NCBI GenBank assembly: GCA_038326655.1
Contig: JBBQKG010000007.1
Span: 19,067 to 83,066, forward strand
Reading direction: 5' to 3'
DNA: 64,000 nucleotides
Origin: Solirubrobacterales bacterium
Lineage (GTDB): Bacteria; Actinomycetota; Thermoleophilia; Solirubrobacterales; JBBDJG01
The position numbers and the translations under genes were made by a program. Shown here in pieces: positions 48,029 through 55,817 of the stretch; the stretch's first letter is position 1, and each line of letters opens with the position of its first letter. Under the pieces are notes generated by a model that was given only the letters and a program-made list of their open reading frames with translations, ran no database searches and was not told where the DNA came from.

Positions 48029-48109
48029 TAGCCCGGATTCTGGAGATGGAGGCGGATGCCTCCCATGTTCATGAAACTGGCCGTTCGCGGCCAAGGCCGC
48101 GAGCGGGTG

Positions 48110-48135
48110 TCCCTAGGGATGGTCATCCCTAGGGA
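48110..48135. repeat. Two copies of the self-complementary 10-mer TCCCTAGGGA separated by 6 nt, spanning the ruvC stop codon
   Basis: Read directly: TCCCTAGGGAtggtcaTCCCTAGGGA. Confidence 0.8.
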
Positions 48136-48598
48136 CCGGCATCTGGTTGGTGTGGCAAATTGCAAGTGCCAGCGCGTCGGCGGCGTGGTCCGACGCCGGC
48201 GGCGCGTCCAGCCCGAGCAGCGCCGCGACCATCCGCTGCACCTGCTCCTTGCCTGCGCGGCCGCTGCCGCACACGGCCAGCTTGACCGCCTGCGGCGTGT
48301 AGGAGAAGCATGGGATCCCGCCGGCGCCCGCGGTCGCCAGCACGGCGCCTCGGGCCTGTCCCACCGCGAAGGCGGTGCGCACGTTGCGGCCGAAGAAGAT
48401 GTCCTCGATCGCGAGCGCTGCCGGGCGGTGCGCCGCGATCAGCTCGTCGATCCGCGCTGCGATCGCCGAGAGCCGCCGCTCGAGCGGCTGGTCGGGCGTG
48501 GTCGAGATCACGCCCCCGCTGAGCGCTGCGAGAGTCCCGCCGCGGCGTTCGACCAGCCCGAAGCCCGTCGATGCCGTGCCGGGATCGATGCCCAGCAC
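48113..48598 (-). CDS. ruvC: Holliday junction resolvase RuvC
   Basis: LGIDPGTASTGFG (catalytic Asp) sits at the N-terminus. GTG 48598 gives a canonical (M)LGIDPG start clear of the tetR stop. ATG 48643 and ATG 48661 are longer alternatives that overlap tetR. Confidence 0.85.
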   Translation of the reverse strand: MLGIDPGTASTGFGLVERRGGTLAALSGGVISTTPDQPLERRLSAIAARIDELIAAHRPAALAIEDIFFGRNVRTAFAVGQARGAVLATAGAGGIPCFSYTPQAVKLAVCGSGRAGKEQVQRMVAALLGLDAPPASDHAADALALAICHTNQMPVPRDDHP

Positions 48599-48620
48599 GA
48601 CGGTGCCGAGGCGGGGCCCG

Positions 48621-49352
48621 TCAGACCTGGCCGCGCCCTCCATTCGACTGTTGTTCTGCATCGGCGACGACCTTCCCGCCCGACGCCGGTGGGCCCAGGC
48701 GCTCGCCCTGCTGCATCCGGCCGAGGCCGAGCCACATGAAGCTCAGCATCATCGAGACCAACTCGGACACGTCGGAGTCCCGGTTCCGCAGCCACCAGTC
48801 TGCGAGCGCGTAGAAACCGCCCACGACCATCTCGGCGATCTGCTCGAGGTTGCGGCGCTCGAGCCCCTCGCGGGTCTCGGGCGGCTCCATCTCCATCAGT
48901 CCCACCATCGCCGCGACCGCGCCTCGGCGCAGCGCCGCCTGCTGCTGGGCGATCTCGGGGTCGGTCACGTCGCGCACGAACATCTGGAACGCCTCGGGTT
49001 GCTCGGTCACGAACGAAAAACCGGCCACGGCGCCCATCTCCAGTCGCAGCACGCCGACCGCGTCCGGCACCGACCCGGCCGCCACGATGCGGTCGAGCAT
49101 CTCCAGCGCGGCACGGTTCATGAGCTCGCTGTACAGCTCCTGCTTGCTGCGGAAGTGCTCGTAGATGAGCGCCTTCGAGATCCCCGCAGCGGCCGCCACG
49201 TCATCGATCCGCACCGTGTCGTAGCCGCGCTGGCCGAACACGAGGTTCGCCGCCTCGAGGATGCTCTGCCGCCGTTGCTCCGCACGCAGGCGGCGCTTCG
49301 GCCTGGCGGGCCCCGGCGCTGTCTCGGCTGCGTCCATGTCGGTCAGTTTCAC
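48621..49352 (-). CDS. TetR/AcrR-family transcriptional regulator
   Basis: 243 aa. HTH region RRQSILEAANLVFGQRGYDTVRIDDVAAAAGISKALIYEHFRSKQELY. The start is GTG 49352 or ATG 49337. Confidence 0.85.
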   Translation of the reverse strand: MKLTDMDAAETAPGPARPKRRLRAEQRRQSILEAANLVFGQRGYDTVRIDDVAAAAGISKALIYEHFRSKQELYSELMNRAALEMLDRIVAAGSVPDAVGVLRLEMGAVAGFSFVTEQPEAFQMFVRDVTDPEIAQQQAALRRGAVAAMVGLMEMEPPETREGLERRNLEQIAEMVVGGFYALADWWLRNRDSDVSELVSMMLSFMWLGLGRMQQGERLGPPASGGKVVADAEQQSNGGRGQV

Positions 49353-49448
49353 ACAGAAGCCGGCGAGCCGGGGAGCTTCCTTGTCATACGACCAACTCTA
49401 CGTGCGAGCGCGCAATCCTGGGCGGGAAAAGCTTGCGCGAATTGCCAC

Positions 49449-49477
49449 TTGACACTGACCGCACGGTTAGTTAAGCT
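49449..49477 (+). promoter_or_regulatory. Sigma-70-like promoter (TTGACA-17-TAAGCT) embedded in an imperfect palindrome, a candidate TetR operator
   Basis: The plus strand reads TTGACActgaccgcacggttagtTAAGCT. TTGACACTGACC-gcac-GGTTAGTTAA is an imperfect inverted repeat. Confidence 0.4.
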
Positions 49478-49548
49478 CGCCCAGCCTCTCAAGGATGGGT
49501 CCTTTCAGGGGAACCGCGGGGACCGCGGACGGACGCGACAGCGGGCTT

Positions 49549-49584
49549 CGGGCGGGGAGGCAGATCAAATCTTCTCCCCGCCCG
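49549..49584 (-). terminator. Strong hairpin (11-bp GC stem, 14-nt loop) about 40 nt downstream of the yebC stop; no U-tract
   Basis: CGGGCGGGGAG-gcagatcaaatctt-CTCCCCGCCCG, read directly. Confidence 0.4.
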
Positions 49585-49622
49585 AGCTCATCTCCTAGCT
49601 CATCCGGATCTCGCGTCACAAC

Positions 49623-50372
49623 TCAGGCCGTCGCCTGCTCGAGCACCTCGGCGCCGATGTCGAAGTTTGCGTGGACCTGATCGACGTCGTCCTGCTCGTC
49701 GAGAGCGTCGAGCAGCCGCAGGAGCTTGCGGGCGTCGTTCGCATCGACCTCGACGACGGTCCGCGGCACCATCGTCTGCTCCGTCGACTGGACCTCGACA
49801 CCGGCATGCTCGAGCGCCTCGCGCACCGCGCGCAGCTGGCCGGGCTCACAGGTGACGCGGATCGAGTCGCCGTCCTCGGTCAGGTCGTCGGCGCCGGCGT
49901 CGATCGCGGGCATCAGATCGTCCTCGCTCCACCGTTCGCCGTCGACGAGCAGCACGCCCTTCTTGTCGAACATCCATGCCACCGAACCAGGCTCGCCCAG
50001 GTTCGCGTCGGCGCGCGAGAACATGTGGCGCATCTCCGCCGCGGTGCGGTTGCGGTTGTCGGTCAGGCACTCGACCAGGATCGCGACGCCGCCCGGCCCG
50101 TACCCCTCGTAGGTGACGGTTTCGATCGCGGCCGCATCGGCGCCCGCGCCCGTGCCCCGGGCGATCGCCCGCTCGATGTTCTCCTTGGGCATTCGCAGCG
50201 CCTTGGCCTTCTCGACCGCGTTTGCAAGCGCCGCGTTGCCGTCGGGGTCGCCGCCGCCGTCACGCGCGGCGACCGTGATCGCGCGCGCAAGCTTCGTGAA
50301 GAGCTGGCCTCGCCGGGCGTCGGCGGCGCCCTTCTTGCGCTTGATCTGTGCCCATTTGGAGTGGCCGGCCAA
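49623..50372 (-). CDS. yebC: YebC/PmpR-family DNA-binding regulator / translation factor
   Basis: 249 aa. (M)AGHSKWAQIKRKKGAADARRGQLFTKLAR is the family signature. TTG start. Confidence 0.95.
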   Translation of the reverse strand: MAGHSKWAQIKRKKGAADARRGQLFTKLARAITVAARDGGGDPDGNAALANAVEKAKALRMPKENIERAIARGTGAGADAAAIETVTYEGYGPGGVAILVECLTDNRNRTAAEMRHMFSRADANLGEPGSVAWMFDKKGVLLVDGERWSEDDLMPAIDAGADDLTEDGDSIRVTCEPGQLRAVREALEHAGVEVQSTEQTMVPRTVVEVDANDARKLLRLLDALDEQDDVDQVHANFDIGAEVLEQATA

Positions 50373-50426
50373 AGTCGTGCCTGGAGGCGCCGTCGGGGGG
50401 CCGCCCAGTTATCCGGACATGCTAGG

Positions 50427-51479
50427 TCAATCCCCCCAGCGGAAGCCAATCTCGCTGGACTCGGGCTCGAGCGGGCTCTTGGGCAGGCCCGGCTGCGGCT
50501 GCGGCTCGTTGTAGCCGACCGGCGCGACGTCGTTGGGCGTGTCCGGATGAAACAGGGACGCCAGGTACTGGATGTGCCCCCGCCCGGGGCCGAGCTCGAA
50601 CTGGCCACCGCCGTAGCCTCCGATGTCGCGCTCGGCGAGGTAGTCGTAGCAATCGAACAGCGCCCTGATGCTGCCGAAGCGCGAAGGCTTCACGTTCACC
50701 ATCTTCGGCGGGAAGGGCAGCGCCTCGATGTCGGCGATCGAGTGGATCGGCGCATCCCAGGTGATCCGGTCCTCGTGGGCGGCGAGCACCGCGCGGGTCT
50801 CGTCCGTCAGCGCGGGGTCCTCGATCCATGCCCGCGGGAACGCCTCGACGACCCGGCGGTAGAGGTCGGGGTCGGCCGGCTGGTCGACGACTGTCCCCTT
50901 GTAGAAGCCCTTGAAGTCGACCGAGTCGACGGCACCCGTGCGGACCAGCTCGGCGATCAGCTCGTCGCTCCAGTCGCTCGTGGGGTCGAGCTTGAACCGA
51001 AGCGTCGGATAAAGCTCGAGCCGGCGGCGCACCGGCTCGATCGTGGACGGCGAGCCGAGGCGCAGCGAGACCACGAACGTGACGGGCCGCGACTCGCGGC
51101 CGAGCGCCTGCGCAAGCGACGTCCCGGACTGGCGCAGCGCAAGGTCGAGCGCCGCGCTCTCGTAGCCCCAGCGGCGGTAGAGGCGCGACACGTCGCGCAC
51201 CGGCTCGGCCGGGAAGAGGTCGAGCTCGCCCAGCCGCGCGGCGAAGCTGTCGAGCGTCCACGAGCCGGCCAGCGGCAGGGTCGGTCCGGCCTCCTGGGCT
51301 GCGACATGGTCGAGCGCGTCGTAGGTGACGTCCTCCCCGACTCCCGCGTGGCCGCCGCCCCGGAGCTCGATCACGGTCGACAGCCGCGTGAAGTCGCTGG
51401 ACACGTCCCTTTCGAGCCCTTCGAGCTGGTAGGACTCGACCTCCAGCGGAAGGCCTGCGACATTGGCGTAGGTGCTCAC
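50427..51479 (-). CDS. Divergent enolase-superfamily (mandelate racemase/muconate lactonizing enzyme-like) protein
   Basis: The spacing of candidate ligand/base motifs fits the enolase C-terminal barrel: RFKLDPT, AWIEDP, ITWDAPIHS and VNVKPSRFG. GTG 51479 is chosen as start. Specific function unknown. Confidence 0.55.
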   Translation of the reverse strand: MSTYANVAGLPLEVESYQLEGLERDVSSDFTRLSTVIELRGGGHAGVGEDVTYDALDHVAAQEAGPTLPLAGSWTLDSFAARLGELDLFPAEPVRDVSRLYRRWGYESAALDLALRQSGTSLAQALGRESRPVTFVVSLRLGSPSTIEPVRRRLELYPTLRFKLDPTSDWSDELIAELVRTGAVDSVDFKGFYKGTVVDQPADPDLYRRVVEAFPRAWIEDPALTDETRAVLAAHEDRITWDAPIHSIADIEALPFPPKMVNVKPSRFGSIRALFDCYDYLAERDIGGYGGGQFELGPGRGHIQYLASLFHPDTPNDVAPVGYNEPQPQPGLPKSPLEPESSEIGFRWGD

Positions 51480-51594
51480 GGAAGGCGGGACCCTAGCCCC
51501 ATCCGCAGCGCGCCGACGGCCTCCGGCATCGGGGCGCGGCCGAATCGCGTCGAGCCGACCGCGTTCGCGAACCCGTGGATCCCGAGGCAAGTGG

Positions 51595-51822
51595 TCATTC
51601 TTTGTAGAAGTCGCGAAGGCGAGGACGGACGAGCGCCCACGCCAAGCCGCCCGGGACCAAAGCGATCACAAACAAGAGAACACCGGTGCCAATGAGCGCA
51701 GAGGGTTCCGTGTCCGAGCTGCCGGATGCTGCGGCACCAATCAGCAGAATGCCGTAGAGGACCAGCCCCACAGCGATACATGCCAGCAGTAGCGCGGCGA
51801 CCACCTTAAGGATTTGGGACAT
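51595..51822 (-). CDS. Possible 75-aa two-TM membrane protein at the end of the pot operon
   Basis: ATG 51822 gives MSQILKVVAALLLACIAVGLVLYGILLIGAAASGSSDTEPSALIGTGVLLFVIALVPGGLAWALVRPRLRDFYKE. It is hidden in the tail of the tracked ORF 51595..52755. Confidence 0.5.
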   Translation of the reverse strand: MSQILKVVAALLLACIAVGLVLYGILLIGAAASGSSDTEPSALIGTGVLLFVIALVPGGLAWALVRPRLRDFYKE

Positions 51823-51866
51823 ACGCACGGCGGCGGCTGGGTCGTCTGCGACCTCGACACACACGG

Positions 51867-52755
51867 TCAAGTCGCATCGGGCCGGACCGACGCCATCCGC
51901 TCGGCCCGGCGCTGCTGCCACACGGTCACGACCATCAGGGTGAGCGTCGCGAGGAAGATCAGGGTCGCCATGATGTTGACCTGCGGCGGGATCGCGACCC
52001 GCGCGGCGCCCCAGATGTAGAGCGGGAACGTCACGGTGCTGCCGGAGTTGAAGTTCGTGATCACGAAGTCGTCGATCGACAGCGCGAAGGCAAGCAGCGC
52101 GCCGGCGAGCACGCCCGGCGCGATCAGCGGCAGCGTCACCCTCGTGAACGTGGCCCACGCGTTCGCCCCGAGATCTTGGGCTGCCTCCTCGATGTGCCGG
52201 TCGAAGCCGATCAGGCGTGAGCGCACGACCACCACCACGAAGCTGATGCAGAACATCACGTGCGCGATCAGGATCGTCGTAAAGCCGGTCGCGAAGCCGA
52301 CCGTGAGGAACAGCGACAGGAGCGAGGCGCCGAGCACGATCTCCGGGGACGCCATCGGCAGGAAGACGAAGAAGTTCGCGAGCTGACGCCCGCGGAACTG
52401 GTAGCGCACGAGCCCGATCGCCATCAGCGTCCCGAGGATCGTGGCGATGATGGTCGCGACCGGCCGCGATCTCGAGGCTCGTCTTCATCGCGTCCGTGAG
52501 CCCCGAGATCGCGAAGGGATGCTCCCAGTGGCGCAGCGTGAATCCGTGCCAGGTGAAGTTGAACCGGCTGCGCGTGTCGTTGAACGAGAAGAGGATGATC
52601 ACCGCGATCGGCGCGAGCAGGTAGAGCAGCGCGATCGCTGCGTACAGGTTCAGGAGGTGGTCGAGCACCCACCGCCCGAATGCGAGCAGCCGGGGGTGCG
52701 AGACCGGGCGGAGCGGCATCCGGATCCTGTCTGCCGCCTCGGTGCGCGCGGTCAC
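51867..52755 (-). pseudogene. potC: Polyamine ABC transporter permease (PotC-like) interrupted by a +1 frameshift near 52461
   Basis: The N-terminal ~98 codons (..FNDTRSRFNFTWHGFTLRHWEHPF..MKTSLEIAA) are in one frame (GTG 52755, GTGA overlap with potB). The remainder (VATIIATILGTLMAIGLVRYQFRGR...EAAQDLGA...) is in another frame, ending at 51867. The junction reads GCG GCC [G] GTC GCG ACC. Confidence 0.75.
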
Positions 52756-53621
52756 TTCGCCTCCGCCGCCTCGACGCCCAGCAAAGCCTCGCTCCCCGCG
52801 ATACGGACCCAGGCGACCACCAACAACAGGATCGCGGCCATCAGGATGAACGACAGGGCGGCCGCGGTCGGATAGTCGGTGATCACGAGGAAGCGGCTCT
52901 GGATCACGTTGCCGATCATGTACTGGCGGGAGGTTCCCAGCAGCTGCGCGTTGATGAAGTCTCCGGCCGCCGGGATGAACGTCAGCAGCGATCCCGCGAC
53001 GATGCCGGGCAGCGCCAGCGGCAGCGTGACCCGCATGAATGCCTTACGCCGGTTCGCGTAGAGGTCGGAGGCCGCCTCCAGCATGCCCTTGTCGAGCCGC
53101 TCGAGCGTCGCGTAGAGCGGCAGGATCATGAACGCCAGGAAGTTGTAGGTGATGCCCGCAATCACGGCGCCCGTGGTCGCGAGCACGCGGCCGTCCTGCG
53201 GGACCACACCGAGGAACTGCAGCACGTTCACGGCAGGGCTCGAGTCGTCCAGGATCGTCTCCCAGGCGAGCGTCCGCACCAGGTAGGTGGTGAGCGACGG
53301 CAGGATCACGAGCAGCAGCAGGGCGTTGCGCCAGCGCCCTCCGCGCGTTGCGATCGCGTACGCGAGCGGGAAGCCGATCAGCAGCGCCAGCAGCGTCGCC
53401 ACGAACGCGTACCAGAACGAGCGAAACAGCTGCTCGTGGTAGCTCGAGATCGCGTCCGTGAAGTTCGAGAATGCCCAGTCGAAGTGGTAGCCGGCATAGA
53501 TGTCGCCGTGCTCGAGGGCGACCCTTCCCATGTAGTACAGGGGCAGCGCGAAGAAGAACAGCAACCACAGCAGCCCCGGCGCGAGGAGCAGATACGGAAC
53601 CGCGCGACGCCGGAGCGGCAA
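52752..53621 (-). CDS. potB: Polyamine ABC transporter permease (PotB-like)
   Basis: 289 aa with 6 TM. EAA-loop region LEAASDLYANRRKAFMRVTLPLALPG. TTG start 1 nt after the potD stop. Confidence 0.85.
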   Translation of the reverse strand: MPLRRRAVPYLLLAPGLLWLLFFFALPLYYMGRVALEHGDIYAGYHFDWAFSNFTDAISSYHEQLFRSFWYAFVATLLALLIGFPLAYAIATRGGRWRNALLLLVILPSLTTYLVRTLAWETILDDSSPAVNVLQFLGVVPQDGRVLATTGAVIAGITYNFLAFMILPLYATLERLDKGMLEAASDLYANRRKAFMRVTLPLALPGIVAGSLLTFIPAAGDFINAQLLGTSRQYMIGNVIQSRFLVITDYPTAAALSFILMAAILLLVVAWVRIAGSEALLGVEAAEAK

Positions 53622-53622
53622 T

Positions 53623-54552
53623 TTAGGCCCCTATGACCTGCTCGAAGCGGCTGTCGAGCTCCTGCTCTTCCTTCGGCGTGAGCTTTTTGAAGATGTGCGC
53701 GTTCTCGAGCAGCTTGTCAGAGGGAAAGATGAGCTCGTTCTCCGCCAGCTTCGGGTTCTCTTTCTGAAGAACCTCCTTGACGCCCTTGACAGGCGTCACG
53801 TAGTTGACGGCCTTGGCGATCTTCGCCTGCACCTCGGGGTCGTAGACGTAGTTCATCATCAGCTCGGCGGTGTACGCGTGCGGCGCCCCGACTGGGATCT
53901 GCATGTTGTCCGACGACAGCGTGAAACCCTCCGGGGGAAAGAAGAAGCGGATGTTCGGGTCGTCGGCCTGCAATTGCACGGCGTCTCCCGACCACCCGTA
54001 GATCAGCCAGGTGTCGCCCCTGGTGATTTCCTTGGTGTAGTCGTTGCCGGTGAAGCGGCGGATCTGTCCGTCCCGGTTCGCCTTATCGATCTTGTCGAGC
54101 GCGGCGTTGATGTCCTCCGTCGTCGCCTTGGAGGGGTCCTTGCCCATCCCGAGCATCGTGAGGCCCACCGTGTCGCGCGACTCCGTGAGCATCGTGACCT
54201 TGCCCTTGAGCTTCGGGTCGAAGATGTCGTTCACGCTCATCGGCTCCGCGATCTTGTCCTTTCGGTAGATCAAGCCGGCGAAGATGCCCTGCCACGGCGC
54301 CGAGTAGTCGCGCGTCAGGTCGAAGTCGGCCTTCCTGAAAGCGGGCAACAGGTTCTTCTGGATGTTGGGCAGCACGGACTTGTCGAGCTTTTGGACGTAG
54401 CCGAGGCGAATCATGCGGCCCGCCATCCAGTCGGTGACCGCCCACAGGTCGCGGCCACCGGAAGATCCGCGTGCGAGCTGCTGATGGACCTTGCCGAAGA
54501 ACTCGACGTTGTCGTTGATCTCCTCCGTGTACTTGACCTTCGTGCCGGCGGA
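53623..54552 (-). pseudogene. potD: Polyamine-binding periplasmic protein (PotD/PotF family) lacking its start, signal peptide and first ~50-60 residues
   Basis: The open frame reads [57 protein letters not shown]... down to the stop at 53623. It is closed upstream by TGA at 54555..54553, which lies inside potA codons. There is no room for an N-terminus. Confidence 0.7.
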
Positions 54553-55657
54553 TCACGTGCATGTGCTGGGGCGCCCAGGCGAGCCGCACCCGCGCCCCCG
54601 CCCCGGGCAGGCGCTGGCGCTGCGCCTCGTCGACGTTGGGCACCAGCGCCGTGAGCGTCGTCTCGCCGGGAAGCCGGACGACCATCTGTGTCGCGGTGCC
54701 GAGATACACGGAGGCCTCGATCAGGCCCTCGACACTGGGCCGGTCCGAGGGCCGCGGGTCCTCGAGGCGCGAGAGCTCGAGCTTCTCTGGTCGCACGACC
54801 GCGTGGCAGCGATCGCCCGCCCGCAGGCCGTCCGGCGAGGCCGGCACGGTGACACCGGCGTCCAGCCGCAGCTCTCCGGCGCCGGCGACCCTGCCCGGCA
54901 TCAGGTTCGAGACTCCGATGAACCCGGCCACGAACTCGGTCCCCGGCCGGTCGTAGACCGCCGCGGGCGAGTCGACCTGCTCCACGACGCCATGGTTCAT
55001 GACCGCGATGCGATCCGACATCGTGAGCGCCTCTTCCTGGTCGTGCGTGACGTAGATGAACGTGATGCCGACGTCGCGCTGGATGTTCTTGAGCTCGATC
55101 TGGAGTTCCTTGCGGAGCTTCAGGTCGAGCGCGCCGAGGGGCTCGTCCAGGAGCAGCACGGTCGGGAGGTTGATCAGGGCGCGCGCGAGCGCGACTCGCT
55201 GCTGCTGGCCTCCGGACAGCTGGCGCGGCTTGCGCTTGGACTCGGGCGTGAGGCCGACGCGGTCGAGCTCGGCGGCGACGCGGCGGGTCACCTCATCCCT
55301 GGCGACGCGCTTGCGGCGCAGGCCGAAGGCGACGTTCTCCTCCACGCTGAGGTGCGGGAAGAGCGCGTAGCTCTGGAAGACCGTGTTGGTCGGCCGCTTG
55401 AAGGGAGGCAGATCGACGACGTCGACGCCGTCGATCAGGATGCGGCCGTCGCTCGGGCGCTCGAAGCCGGCGACCATCCGCAGCGTCGTCGTCTTGCCGC
55501 AGCCGCTCGGCCCGAGCAGCGTGAAGAACTCGCCCCGCGCGACCGACAGATCGATCGCGCGGACCGCGGTGAAGTCCCCGAAGCGCTTCGTGACCCCGTC
55601 GAGCTCCACGCTCGGGTCGAGCGCGGGATCACGGGCACCGACGTTCGCGGCGGTCAC
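54083..55657 (-). CDS. potA: Polyamine ABC transporter ATPase (PotA-like); the physical ORF lacks a normal stop and runs ~155 junk codons into potD
   Basis: Contains [24 protein letters not shown] and [11 protein letters not shown]. The regulatory C-domain ends ...[13 protein letters not shown] near 54550. After that the frame reads Arg/Gly/Pro-rich sequence out of frame with potD until 54083. Confidence 0.8.
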   Translation of the reverse strand: MTAANVGARDPALDPSVELDGVTKRFGDFTAVRAIDLSVARGEFFTLLGPSGCGKTTTLRMVAGFERPSDGRILIDGVDVVDLPPFKRPTNTVFQSYALFPHLSVEENVAFGLRRKRVARDEVTRRVAAELDRVGLTPESKRKPRQLSGGQQQRVALARALINLPTVLLLDEPLGALDLKLRKELQIELKNIQRDVGITFIYVTHDQEEALTMSDRIAVMNHGVVEQVDSPAAVYDRPGTEFVAGFIGVSNLMPGRVAGAGELRLDAGVTVPASPDGLRAGDRCHAVVRPEKLELSRLEDPRPSDRPSVEGLIEASVYLGTATQMVVRLPGETTLTALVPNVDEAQRQRLPGAGARVRLAWAPQHMHVIRRHEGQVHGGDQRQRRVLRQGPSAARTRIFRWPRPVGGHRLDGGPHDSPRLRPKARQVRAAQHPEEPVARFQEGRLRPDARLLGAVAGHLRRLDLPKGQDRGADERERHLRPEAQGQGHDAHGVARHGGPHDARDGQGPLQGDDGGHQRRARQDR

Positions 55658-55817
55658 TCTCTCCTCTTTCTCACTGGCACCTGCGTGCTCGGAAACTTAC
55701 CTCCCCCCCGGAAAGGCTAACCCGATGGCCTTCCCGGTACCGCATATGGTTTGTATCGTTAGCCGTACAGGCTAGTCTTTCGTCCGTATCGGCGAAGTGC
55801 CGTGGAGAGGAGCCGAG

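Noticed and set aside
49495-49680. A 61-codon plus-strand ORF downstream of the orphan promoter.
   Set aside because: Third-position G/C bias is poor compared with every real gene here. The peptide is Ser/Pro/Gly/Arg low-complexity, and it overlaps the yebC 3' end antisense. It is treated as non-coding RNA sequence.
54083-54426. The tracked ATG 54426 as a genuine start of a shortened, functional PotD.
   Set aside because: PotD-family homology continues 42 codons upstream of that ATG in the same frame. The resulting protein would lack any export signal, which a substrate-binding protein requires. It is interpreted as a truncated remnant.
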